NCBI RefSeq assembly: GCF_006345805.1
Contig: NW_021834816.1
Span: 1-57,430, forward strand
Source of the DNA: Octopus sinensis
Lineage: Eukaryota
Direction of reading: 5' to 3'
Length of the DNA stretch: 57,430 bases
Position 1 is the stretch's first letter; every line of letters begins with the position of its first letter. The notes under the pieces are model-generated. The model saw only the letters and a list, made by a program, of their open reading frames with translations, was not told the DNA's origin and did no database searches. Below are positions 39,285-51,900 of the stretch, piece after piece. The position numbers were made by a program, and so were the translations under genes.

Positions 39285-39655
39285 ACTTTTACATTATTTA
39301 CATCGGACGGATGTGTTACCACAACGTTTTTTTACTCTGCAGCCTTCATCATGTGTCCTGGTAGAACTTATTCAAAGCCCAATCTTAGGCTTAGTAGCCC
39401 GCGCTCTTAACCATTACGCTAATATACCCGTGGGCAATTATAAAGTGAATTTTAGGGCTTATGAACCTAATATTTTTGTATCCTTCCTTAATACCGGTTC
39501 CCATATGCTACTCATATCTGCACTAGGTTTGCTTAGGAGGTTTTTATGTCCAAGCGTATATACTGCCTCTTTTAGGCCTCGTATTTTCCAGAAGTGTTCT
39601 CTGTCTATTATTCTAACTTCATCCCACAGGGGAAAGTAGTCTCCGCTTTTCGTTT
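39285..39655 (-). mobile_element. PLE 3' end: GIY-YIG C-terminus plus LTR (F1)
   Basis: LWDEVRIIDREHFWKIRGLKEA...LLSKPSADMSSIWEPVL*, then tRNA-like TAATGGTTAAGAGCGCGGGCTACTAA and a broken HHR at 39318-39360. Confidence 0.75.
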
Positions 39656-39894
39656 TAGTGTCGACAGTTGCAAATATCCACGAGATACTTGGATACTTGC
39701 TACAGACGATTGTCAAAGACACAAAAATATGTATTTAGCGATGCCACAACAGCTGTTGGAGGAATTTCGTCACCTACTGATATATTTCTGTGTATTTTAA
39801 AACTATACGACACTACGATAAGAGATGCTATTCGGAGATGCATACCACAATTTATCAGGCTTTCAACGATGTATCTGCAGATAACCGATATATA

Positions 39895-39930
<36 letters not shown>

Positions 39931-40037
39931 ATCGAAAGTGAGGGAGAGAGATGGAGACAGAAGCATAGTATTGTTACGGCTGTTTCGATAAATCATTTAC
40001 TCTACATGTATTGACAAAAATCCTCTGTCATTTACCG

Positions 40038-40420
40038 TTTACTTGCTTCAGTCACTGGACTGTGGCCATGTAGGAGCACAGACTTGAAGAGTTTAATCGA
40101 ACAAATTGACCATAGTACTTGTTATTTTAAACTTGATATCTACTCTATCGGTCTCTTTTCGTCGAATTGCTAATGCAGGATATATAAACTAACTAACACC
40201 GGTTGTCAAGCGATGGTTAGAAGAAAAACCCAAGCATAAAGACACAACTACATAGATATATACGTCGACTCCTTTTAGTTACCATCTACCAGATCCAGAG
40301 ACAAGGCTTTGGTCAACCCGGCACTATAGCGAGAAGACAATTCCCTAAAGTACCAAGCAGTGGCATTGATCCTGGAACAATGTCGTTGGGAATGAAACTT
40401 CTCATCACACATCCACGCCT
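40038..40420 (-). mobile_element. Old diverged SINE family A
   Basis: Tail, core and degenerate head are all alignable to family A. Confidence 0.7.
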
Positions 40421-41135
40421 TTGCCTACCCACACACACACACGTACACACCCGCGCGCACGCACACGCACGCACTCACACGCATACACGGAAACACTCAC
40501 AAACACGCGCGTTTATACACAAACACAAACACACACACACAATTCACATATGTCCCTTGCTGGAAACTTTCCGTCTTACAAGGGTAAATACCCAATCTTT
40601 CTTCGCTGTACTTACAGCTTTACTGAGTTCGAAATTTACTTTCTTGTCTGTAATATATATGATCAGCAAAGCTCATGGAATCATGAAAGTACATATACCG
40701 TTGATTTTCAAATTTTCTAAACGTTGTGGGTCATGTATTTACCTGATGAAAACGTTTTTTTTTAATGATGTAATGTCTGCATTAATCAACAAAAACTTCG
40801 TTGGAAACGGCTGTAGTGAATTGTCATATTATCCATCTGTTATACTTTTATTTATCATTCACTTCTCTCAGAATCTGCTCCTCGCGTGATCCGAAGTATA
40901 TTATGGATCGTATATTTAATACAATGTGCGTTTCTTGATTAGCCCAGTTAATTGTGTACATAACCTGAATATCTTTCTGCCTGTACTTCGGTACCCGCGT
41001 ATGTTTTCGTCTACATTTGTCGTGTATGCACTACAATTTTAACCTGACCTGGTGCCTTCCCATTTAAGTGCCTGGTTCTCTTGAACCCTAATCTTTTATA
41101 TGTGTGTGTGTGTAAGTATGTATATATAGACATAC

Positions 41136-41174
<39 letters not shown>

Positions 41175-41366
41175 ACTGGATTGTATATAGATATATATAT
41201 ATATTTTATATATTATATATATATATACATTATATATATAATATATTTAGATTCCGATGAATACGGTACTTAAGTTGAAGGCACCAGAATTTAGTTATAG
41301 TATTATCCATACAATTTAAAATAAGGTGACTATAATCAAAATAAGCAACAAGGATATCCAGAGGTA

Positions 41367-41455
41367 ATGCAGTACGATCGTTTCATGCAACTCCATTTAA
41401 TTGAACAATTCAAACACTACATCAATTTAAAATGTAGAGCAATCTTCATCTGCAC
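41367..41455 (-). ncRNA. Hammerhead, left arm of F4 (C3 mutated to A)
   Basis: GUGCAG-AUGAAGA...GAAAC-GAUC-GUA-CUGCAU; stem I is intact. Confidence 0.65.
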
Positions 41456-41607
41456 AAAAATATAAAATTTAATTAAATTCGAATTACACAACTGTTGTCA
41501 TTATACAACTGTGATGTTGTTGGTAAAACATGATCTTTGTCTATCTCCTTTTCCTCTTGGAGATTTTGGATAAAATTAATTCGAATTTGATTAAATTTTA
41601 TATTTTT

Positions 41608-41696
41608 GTGCAGCTGAAGATTGCTCTACATTTTAAATTGATGTAATGTTTGCATTGTTCAATTAAATGGAGTCGCATGAAACGATCGTACGGCAT
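41608..41696 (+). ncRNA. Type-I hammerhead, right arm of F4
   Basis: CUGAAGA at 41614-41620, GAAAC at 41679-41683, palindromic stem III ACGAUCGU, predicted cut after GUA at 41690. One mismatch in stem I and a U.U pair at the base of stem II. Confidence 0.75.
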
Positions 41697-42120
41697 TACC
41701 TCTGGATATCCTAGTTGATTATTTTGATTATATATATAGAGAGAGAGAGACACACACACGCACATATATAAAGCTGAGTAATGGGGATTTTGAAGCTGAG
41801 CAGTTGGTTACCTTACAAGCACTTTAGTATAATCCAATTCAAAAACCCGTTGTGGTAACACATTGAATAAAGCTGCATAGATAAATATACCTTAGGTTGT
41901 TAGAACTCAATATTCTTATAATGTACTGTATGCATAAGCACTGGCTGAAAGGGTGTGAGAATTCAGCGAATCGCCTTTCTTTAGACTCTTTTGTAAAACC
42001 ACAACATAAAGAAATAGCATGTGTGTATGTGTGTGCTTATATATATGTTATGTACATACATACATGCATATGTAAGGGTTGTATGTGCAAGCAGAGAGAG
42101 TGAGGAAAACATAATGATAC

Positions 42121-42121
42121 G

Positions 42122-42200
<79 letters not shown>

Positions 42201-42249
42201 TCAGATAGATTAGATAGTCAGATAGATAGACAGATAGATAGATAGATAA

Positions 42250-42328
<79 letters not shown>

Positions 42329-42493
42329 TGTAGATAGGTAGGTAGGTAGGTAGATAGGTAGCTAGGTAGCTAGGTAGGTAGGTAGGTAGGTAGATAGGTA
42401 GGTAGGTAGATAGGTAGATAGGTAGGTAGGAAGGTAGGTAGGTAGGTAGATAGATAGATAGATAAATAGACAGATAGCTAGATAGATAGATAT
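42121..42493. repeat. (GATA/GGTA)n array
   Basis: Read directly from the sequence; abuts the 3' end of the Tx1 LINE. Confidence 0.95.
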
Positions 42494-44403
42494 ATATGTT
42501 TCTTTATTAGCCACACAGGGCTGCACACAGACAGGACAAATTACAAGGTAGAGCTTTTCTTTTGGGGGGTAAAAAAGGGGGTTTGGTTTTCGATCAAAAG
42601 GGATCGTAAAAGGAAAGAAAGAGGACAAAAAAGGCGGGGGGATAAAATTAAAAAATAAATAAATAAAATAAAAAAAGTGGGGAATTGCTCAATAGGGATC
42701 GTTATCACAGAATGTCAATATGAAGTGTAAAGGGAAGGACAGGTGAGGTTTACCGTGGAAAGAAAAGCCTACGGAAAAGACCACGGTAACCTCGGTCAAT
42801 GAAGTCACATGTTATATTTTTTTTTTTTTTTTTGCAAATAAGCAAACTCTGTATTAAATTTTACGGTTCATAGAATCATAGTCAAGGTGGCTTCGTCATT
42901 CCTACGTGCCATCTTGCTACATTCACCCATCTTTTTTAAAAACATTCACTAGACAAAACTTGCCTCTCTACTCTCACTTTGCTCTTCAAGTGAACTTGAA
43001 GAGAAGTGATGAGAGATTGACCAGAGACGAAAGTGTTTGTCTCTAATCCTTTCAGGCGCCGTCCACCAGATACATTCTTTCGCCATAGCCACAAGTATGA
43101 TAAAAATGGCTCTTCCTTCCCGTCTGAAGGAAGGAGTGCGTGACGATATTAACGATAGACTCGGCTGATAACCGACACGTCCCATACATGACAGCAGTCT
43201 TTCGACTGCACGAGTGGGAGTGCAGAGAGGTTCGTCTTTTTCGTCGCTTGCCGCATTCGGGCAGGTCGGCCCCGTGTTTCTCGAGCCATGCCTATAGAGC
43301 TTATCCCGAACGGGTAGCGCTTTTCGGTAGCACCGTCAGGCCAGGGATCTCTGGAAGTTGTCCATAGGTCCCGGCCAGAAAGTCGTTTCAAACAGGCAGG
43401 TCAGGTATTCCTCGTCGACGCCCAGGTTTGCCCCAAGATCGTCGTCGTACCTCCCCTCCACTAATCCCCTATAGAATGCTTTGGTTGTGTTGAAGTCACT
43501 CAAGGTCGACCCGGGACGGCAGAGTTGCTTGAGAGCAACGCGACACTCGCGGTGCCATTCGCCCTTCCTCGGCCTCTTTTTTTTTTGCAGTTCGGTCATG
43601 GAGAGGAGCTGCGGGAACGCGTGCCTCACAAACGGCGACCACACCTGTTCACCGTCGTCTACATAGAGCCGGAGATGTCGCAGTTTCAGCGCGTGTCTGC
43701 GCATCATCAACCATGGTATGCCCAGCCCTCCTTTTAACGGGTGTTGACAGCAAATGGGTCGCCTGACCATCGGGACGCATCCTTTCCACAAGAAGCGGAA
43801 GAGAATGCTTTCTAGCGTGGTGATGTAGGGTCGGGGACAAGTACGACGGTCAGGCGGTAGTGAGATGGATTGGTTGGCTAGATGATGGATGACGTGGACC
43901 GGTTCGCCACTCCCCCCGACCTTTTAGGGGAGTTTCCATCCTCGCCCATTGCCGGGCGAGAGTGACTACCCTACTCGTTATCTCGTTCCAGTTCTTCTCC
44001 ATTTGGAGGTCCGGACGAACAAGACCCGAGCAACTCACCGGGCCGTCTGTCCAGCGTCCCAACGACGGAGGTACTGGTGGACGGCATGGGCTTGCTTCTC
44101 CAGGGTGCCGAGCCGCAAAGCCCACTGACTTTTCCCCGTTGATTTTTGCTCCGGTCACCGCTTCGTAGTCTTTCAGTGTCTCGCGACCAGCTCGATGTGC
44201 TCGTGGCTTGACACTATGACGGTGACGTCGTCCGCGTATGCAGACACGCTCGTCCCGCAACCCAATTCTCGCGGGATGCCCCTCAGAGTCGCCAGCTTCC
44301 GCAGTAGTGGCTCGAGAGTCAATACGTATAGAAGCGCCGAGAGGGGGTATCCCTGACGGAGCGAACGTGCAATGTCGAAAGGTCTCGATGTCCATTTACG
44401 CGA

Positions 44404-44405
<2 letters not shown>
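42494..44405 (-). mobile_element. Tx1/L1-clade LINE, 5'-truncated
   Basis: SLRQGYPLSALLYVLTLEPLL, SAYADDVTV, GAKINGEKS and GGLGIPWL, with few frameshifts. The 3' UTR ends in AATAAAGAAACAT, and (GATA)n lies on both sides. Confidence 0.9.
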
Positions 44406-44464
<59 letters not shown>

Positions 44465-44747
44465 CAGACAAACACACAGACCGACAGGCAGACAGACAGA
44501 TAGACACGAACATACATGCAGTCATATAGTCATACATATATGCATGTTTATTTGAATATGTGTGTTTGTATGTGTGTCTGTGTGTGTCTGTGCGCGCCTT
44601 TGGCAAAAGACATATATGTATAAGTATATGCATACAGATAATTCGTTCATACCTTCATATGTGTGTGTGTGTGTGTGGGTGTGGTGTGTGTATGTGTGTG
44701 TGCGTGCGTGGTGTGTGTGTCGTGTAGTATGCATCATATTTATATGC

Positions 44748-44812
<65 letters not shown>

Positions 44813-45039
44813 AAGTATGCACATTTCTATATATATATATATATATATACAAAGTATACACATTTATATATATATATTATACATACATAGAGAGAGAATA
44901 ATTATACATAAATATGTATATATGTATATGTGTGTGTACGCATCGCATATATTCATTCATATATATATATATACACATAATATATATATACATACGTACA
45001 AATATACACACATATACACGCACATCTACACAGACACAC

Positions 45040-45082
<43 letters not shown>

Positions 45083-45769
45083 AATATACACACGCACAGA
45101 CACAAACACAGCCGCAAAAGAAATATGCATGTCACGTTTGCGCAAAAAAATTATTTTCGCGACCTAGTTGTGCATCGGTTTTACTTGTGTGTGGGAGTTA
45201 CAACTTACAACTTGTGCGATTTCGCTATATGCATCCATGTGCACGTGTGTGCGTACGTGTGTATGTGAGAGAGACGGACGGAGGGACGGAGGGACGGAGG
45301 GACAGAGGGACAGAGAGGAAAGCGAAGACTGAAGTAGGGAGAGAGAGTGAGAGAGAGAGAGAAGATGACAATAATGTGCATGACTGTCTTTAGGTAACTT
45401 GTCTGTGAATACGTGATAGCATATGATAGCGTGTCTCAGTGAGTGCGCGTGTGAGTGAGTGAAGCGTAGGTGCGTGTGCGCGTATATGGGTTACATTGCC
45501 TAGTTTGGCATAAGACTAACCTAACTAACGCTCAGGATCACGTGAAATCCAGTTGTGACCATGGAAATATTTTACTTTCCTTACACTCTATTTTCATTCG
45601 TCTTGTGACCTGTTTTCCTCTTTCATTTTTGGAGAGTTATTCTATCTGATATTCTCTTTGTGATTGTGCATCTTTTTCATTGATTCGAAACTAATTCAAC
45701 AAGCGTGATTCCATGGTGTCTGCGATAAATGTATGTGTGCGGCGTGAGAGAGTCTATATATAATGCGTT

Positions 45770-45806
<37 letters not shown>

Positions 45807-45808
<2 letters not shown>

Positions 45809-46207
45809 TCTTTACTCTTTACTCTTTTACTTGTTTCAGTCATTTGACTGCGGCCATGCTGGAGCACCGCCTTTAATCGAGCAACTCGACCCCGGGACTT
45901 ATTCTTTGTAAGCCCATTACTTATTCTATCGGTCTCTTTTGCCGAACTGCTAAGTGACGGGGACATAAACACACAGCATCGGTTGTCAAGCAATGCTAGG
46001 GGACAAACACCAAACATACACGCACACATATATATACATATATACGACGGGCTTCTTTCAGTTTCCGTCTACCAAATCCACTCACAAGGCTTTGGTCGGC
46101 CCGAGGCTATAGTAGAAGACACTAGCCCAAGGTGCCACGCAGTGGGACCGAAACCGGAACCATGTGGTTGGTAAACAAGCTACTTACCACACAACCACTC
46201 CTGCGCC
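45807..46207 (-). mobile_element. SINE family A, full length
   Basis: Complete head, core and (GAGTAAAA)3 tail. Confidence 0.92.
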
Positions 46208-46239
<32 letters not shown>

Positions 46240-46242
<3 letters not shown>

Positions 46243-46395
46243 TTCTACTTGTTTCGGTCATTTGACTGCAGCCGTGCTGGAGCAATGCCTTAAAGGGTTT
46301 TTAGGCGACTTATTCCTTGGAAGCCTAGTATTTATTCTATTCGTTCTTTTTGCCGAACTGCTAAGTTACAGGGACGTAAACACTCCACAGAAACA
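46240..46395 (-). mobile_element. SINE family A 3' fragment
   Basis: Tail homology to family A. Confidence 0.75.
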
Positions 46396-46414
46396 GACAC
46401 ACTCACACACACAT

Positions 46415-46667
<253 letters not shown>

Positions 46668-46750
46668 AAAGTGATAGCAAAAGAATGAGACCTCTATATT
46701 AGGTAAACAAAGGATTATTTATATATGTATAATTTAAGACAATCAGTAAG

Positions 46751-46826
46751 TTGCCATTATAGTACTCAGAGTTTCGAATGTCAGAGCGAAGAGTTGCGAT
46801 GCATTCTCGTCGGTTATTAATGGCAA
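46751..46826 (-). ncRNA. Hammerhead-like motif, left arm of F6 (CCGACGA core)
   Basis: Long stem I UUGCCAUUAAUA/UAUAAUGGCAA, stem II GAAUG/CAUUC, GAAAC, stem III ACU/AGU, and a GUA site at 46763-46765. Confidence 0.65.
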
Positions 46827-46996
46827 TAGACGCTTTGAAAACCGTTGAGAAAAGAGAAGTTACTCTAATAGATAGAAAAGAGAAAAAATATAAAAGATAA
46901 AAGATTAAAAAATTGCAAGCAACCATATTCTCACAATGCATAGACATAAAACCTCCTGCGTTCATAATGTCTACATACGGTTTTTCATAGCGTCTA

Positions 46997-47072
46997 TTAC
47001 CATTAATAGCCGGCGAGAATGCATCATAGCTCTTCGCTCCGACATTCGGAACTCCGAGTACTATAGTGACAA
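46997..47072 (+). ncRNA. Hammerhead-like motif, right arm of F6, degenerate
   Basis: AUAG-CCGGCGA-GAAUG/CAUUC-GGAAC-UCCGA-GUA-CUAU. Confidence 0.5.
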
Positions 47073-47158
47073 CTTCCTGATTGTCCTAAATTATACATAC
47101 ATACATACATATATACATACATACATACAGACATACATGCATATATATACATACACAC

Positions 47159-47197
<39 letters not shown>

Positions 47198-47198
<1 letters not shown>

Positions 47199-47315
47199 TG
47201 AAGAGCGTAGGGTCGAAACGTAAAATACTTTCTCACCTTCCCGACCGTTAATCTAATACACCTGTTGTTGTTTGCACACCTGTCTTCGTCTTTTGTTTTT
47301 GTAAATTCCAACCAA
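47198..47315 (+). mobile_element. F2 PLE-type terminus, truncated inside the hammerhead
   Basis: TTGAAGAGCGTAGGGTCGAAACGTAAAA followed by the F2 tail. Confidence 0.55.
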
Positions 47316-47378
47316 AACACACATATATACATATATTTAGATATATATATATTATATATATATATATTATATATATAT

Positions 47379-47442
<64 letters not shown>

Positions 47443-47805
47443 CTCACATCTAGATATCTATAAATGTATGGGGTTTGAAATTTACTACAGATGTGCACTC
47501 ACACACGATACCTTCATGGTGGCTTTCCCTCACAGTGAACCTACCTTACCATTTCTAGCCGTCGTATGTGTTCATGTGCCAAGTTCCTATGAATCCTATA
47601 ATAAATCCACATATACATATATAAGTGTGTGTATGTGTGTGTATGTATATATATTGTTGTATTTAGGGATGGTCATGTTGCCAGTTTAGCCAATAAAAAC
47701 ACACGCACTATATATTTGGTATTAATTTGCTTCAGCTTTATTTATTTTTTACATTAATCTTATATATATATATATTATTATATATATATATACAAACACT
47801 GTTTG

Positions 47806-47852
<47 letters not shown>

Positions 47853-48174
47853 TGTCAAAACTTAGGCATTGTTTCTCTCGTATCTCTTATTTCTTTTACT
47901 TCTCTTTGATAAAATGTTTAACTCGAAACGTAATACTCACTTCTATGCCTCTTACTATTGTATTTAGCTTCATTGCAGATGTTTAATTCTATCGTACACA
48001 TTCTCAGATTACTTTGCTTCATATTTCTGGTCTCCTTCCATCAAGTGTTTTGCTTTCTAACTTCATTTAATTTAGTTGCTTATCTCTTCCTTACCTCATA
48101 AAGTTCCTCATCTTAAACAAACATACATACATGCATACATACATACATGCATACATACATACATGCATTGCATA

Positions 48175-48213
<39 letters not shown>

Positions 48214-48220
48214 TATATAT

Positions 48221-49530
48221 GAAAAATAGAAAATGCTAAAATAATTTTATAAAGAACATTTCAGTACCGGTTTCGGTCATTTTGAGACCTTTTCAACTGT
48301 AACGATTTTTTAAATAATTAAATTTGGAAAAATTAAAAGAAAAGTTTTTTAAAGGAATATGTGTATAGTGTTCAAATATAAGTGGCATTCTGCCTTTCTC
48401 TGTCTCCTTGTTTGCACTTGTGTGTGTTCGAGGCCGTTGTGAATTCTTGGTAGGGTAGAAGAAGAAGAAGGTTGATGAGGAGAGGGGGTGGAAAAGGGTT
48501 TTGCGAGCCTTGAGGGCATGGTCGTTTTTGAATGGTCAGTGGCGGATAGCAGTTGCAGTTCAATTCAGGAGAATATTTCTATTGAAAGGTTTGTTTATGG
48601 AATTTGCGTAGGTGTTATACTAAAAAGCATTAGTGATAAAAGTTAAGAGGTAGAAGATGGAGAAGAAGAAGAAGAAGAAGAAGAAGAAGAAGAAGAAGAA
48701 GAAGAAGAAGACGATGTTGATGATGAAGAAGAAGAAGAAGGAGAGGGAGAAGAAGAAGATGCTGATGATGGTGATGATGATGACGACGATGATGATGATA
48801 ATGATGATGATGAAAAAGAAGAGGAAGAAGAAGAAAAAAGAGAAGGGAGAATATGAATGGGTGAAAGTAGTGAGGTGTTGTATGACTTGAAGTTGGCACG
48901 TTATGGATTATAGCTGTGATTGGGGCTGATTTGTAATGGATTATTTGGAATGTAATATGTGTGTGTGTATTTCTTTTATTCTAAAGTTGAGGTATATTAA
49001 TCGTTTGTCGTAGACCCGTTAAGAAGTGGCCTGTATTTTGTAATAAAGAGAGAGTTCTTTACTTATTCGTTGTCTCGAGGTTGTATCGTCCCTAAATTGG
49101 TAGAGGGGGGAAATCCTGAAGCCTGGTGTTTTGTGTTGGCGCAAGTATCTATGTGTTGGCTGAAAGCTATTTTTCTGTTTTGCGGAATTTTTATCTGGGA
49201 TCTGTGCAGGGCCATTCTTTTACGCAAACTATTTTTTGTTTGGCCTACGTATGCTCTTGACACCGGAGAGGTTAGTGAGTATATTAGGCTCCGAAGCACA
49301 TGTGAAGTTGCTTTTCACTGTAAACCGTTGTCCCTGTTTGAAGGAGAACTCTGATCCCTCAATTGATAATCGCATATCCCGCAATTGGGTCTTCCACATT
49401 TTTTTACTGTCGGCTTCTGTGTTGAAGAGTGTATTCGGGCTTCTGTTAGGAGACTTTTCATAGATTTAGGCTGTCTCTTGCTTTTTATGATGTGTGTGTT
49501 TGGAGGATTGTGTTCATTCTGTGGTCTTTT
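48221..49530 (-). mobile_element. Penelope-like element 3' part (Neptune-like Cys linker, GIY-YIG, LTR)
   Basis: [21 protein letters not shown] and LIYSLT...YVGQTKNSLRKRMALH, with frameshifts. The LTR is interrupted by (GAA/GAT)n and ends at (TA)n. Confidence 0.8.
48262..48299 (-). ncRNA. Degenerate hammerhead at the PLE 3' end (F5)
   Basis: CAG-UUGAAAA-GGUC/GACC-GAAAC-CG-GUA-CUG; C3 and G8 are mutated, and stem III ACCGGU is palindromic. Confidence 0.6.
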
Positions 49531-49617
49531 TTTAGGAGGGGTATGTTGTGGGTTATTATATATATATATATATATAATATATATATTATATATATATATA
49601 TATATATACATAGTGTA

Positions 49618-49667
<50 letters not shown>

Positions 49668-49817
49668 GTGTTTGTGTGTTTGGGTGTGTATGTATATATA
49701 TATGTATTATATATATATAATATAGATATATATAATATATGTATGTATATATATGTATATATATATTAATATACATATATATATACATATATATATATAC
49801 ATACATATAATATATAT

Positions 49818-49850
<33 letters not shown>

Positions 49851-50149
49851 TATGTGTGTATGTATAAACACATATATATATATAATATATATAGATATAT
49901 ATATATATATATATATAATATATATACTATATATATATATATTATTATGTAAACATATATACTTACAGACATATGTGCATACACATTCACTCATTTATTG
50001 GCATAATACAAACATTCATATACATGTCATCACTGATTTCATGTAAGAAATAGCCCTTAAGTGAGCCTGAAGAAAAACAAATTTTACAATATTTGAACCT
50101 GTTTAATTAGGATATGCATTAGCCAGTGTGGCTATGCTCTGAAGTCTCG

Positions 50150-51900
50150 TGCAATATGAGAAAGACAGAAAAATGCGACTAAGCCTATTTCAATCCACAG
50201 GTTAATTCTGGAGGCCAGGGACCGTAAATCTGTTAGACATTTACCTGTAGTCTCTTCGGTATATTCAGTATTCTGCTGAAAATTGGCTTCAAAACTCTGA
50301 GTAAACCTGATCTAAAACAGTAATGAAAGTCTCTTGGTAAAAATCAGTGAGTGGATTTTCATTACTTTTTTACAAGCTTCCAATAACATTTCATCATTGA
50401 CCAGTGAGTTCTCCAAATGTCGCAGCAACTTGCCTCGCCGTTTTTAATTCTCCAGAATAAACTGGTTACACTTAATAAGTTCCTTGGCTAGTAATTTCAT
50501 TGGTGTAATGCTAGCTTTCGTCGTTCAGCTAGTTAGCTTCATGTAAAGTTCACTAATACAATTGGATATCACTTCATTTGTGTCATTCATATCCAGCAAA
50601 GCAAGTTAAAGCAAATTTGTCAGTAACTTGATTTACATCAAAATTCATTCAAAGAGGACACAAATATTTGCAGACCCAAATGACAGAAATGACTTAGCCT
50701 CAAATTTATCTTCGAGTAACTTGGTATCTTCACTGAAATGCGTCAGAATGTTCAAAATTAAATGGATGCGTACAATGCAAAACATGATGCCTAACATGAT
50801 GCATCCTGACAGATCCAACGTATACAGAACATACTTTGGATTAAGCCAAGAAGTGGAGTTGCTTACAGTACAGCAGAATATTTTCCCGCCTCCTTTACAT
50901 TACGAGGTCTAGTTATTAGATGTGGCTGCGGACACCAGGCGCTTCCCACTTCACACTCGTAATTGAGGTATCAAAGTAGCATAAATTAACATATAACTGG
51001 GCGTCGACACCAAGAGAATTCAGCACAGATAATGTGTAGAAGCAAAGCAGGGTCTTATTCGGAAGTTACTCGATATTCAATAACCTTTTCTAGAACTATT
51101 TCTGTTTTGATTACTGAATCTATGATGAAAGAAATTCATTCAGAAAATATATCGTGATCCATTTTGCATATTGGTTACATTCATTATTTGCTCCTTGTTG
51201 ATAAAGTAGTATTTCAATATCGGACAAGTTATCTCTCGCCCATTGTTATGTCCTTGTCCACCATGTTCATTCTTCTCCTTTCTGAGGAATCAGTTTCGGT
51301 GTCATTAATCGTAAAATAAACGAAAACGGTTAACTTGGGTTTATTTTCACAAACTTCCTTCATATGAGCTTCCTTGGCCGTCGAGAGCACAGATATATTC
51401 CTTCTTTTAAAGTTTTTGGTAGTTTCTCCACACAGAAACAGCTATGATATCGATCGGGATTTTTGATGAATAGCCAAAGCACTCTTTTGCTCAGCAAGAT
51501 GCTTCTGATCAAAGAAAAACCTGACTTTATGAATGTCAGTTCATTTACTGTTTGTGATTCGTTTGAGAAATGCTGGAATAAAAAAAAAACAATGTACTAG
51601 ATTTTGTACAAATTATACAAAAAAAAAACAATGTTCTAAATTGTGGATTGAATATAGGATGAATTAAGTTGAACAGTTGAACAGTGTTTGTGAAAATATT
51701 TTATCAGCTGCAGCTGAGTGGGCTCATCATTATGAATTCTACTAATATTAGTGGGATTCTACCAAACTGCAAGCGTCTTCACAACATCAGCTTTGGCACT
51801 TAATTACGTCTTTCCAAGCGAAAGGTTTAGCGATTCCTGATCACAAGGCAACTTGGCTACTTGTCCTTCTGCTTTTGCTGTTGCTTGTGTCACCTAAATC
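50150..51900 (-). pseudogene. Possible hAT transposase relic
   Basis: Only fragments are recognisable (AGKYSAV; FYQETFITVLDQVYSEF), and there are many stops. Confidence 0.3.

Larger units (their letters stand above)
41331..41732. mobile_element. Palindromic element with a hammerhead in each arm (F4)
   Basis: 156-bp arms (41331-41486 and 41577-41732) with 8 differences and a 90-bp spacer. Confidence 0.88.
46724..47099. mobile_element. Palindromic element with a hammerhead-like motif in each arm (F6)
   Basis: Arms of about 122 bp (46724-46846 and 46976-47099) with about 15 differences, and an A-rich spacer. Confidence 0.82.

Noticed and set aside
40605-40812. Two small minus-strand exon-like segments, one with LRR-like spacing
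   Set aside because: Splice-like dinucleotides are frequent in AT-rich DNA; the LRR Asn is absent, and the exon length and phase are atypical.
41248-41300. CCGATGA...GGTAC/GCACC...GAAT next to F4
   Set aside because: Too many core deviations, and no stems I or III.
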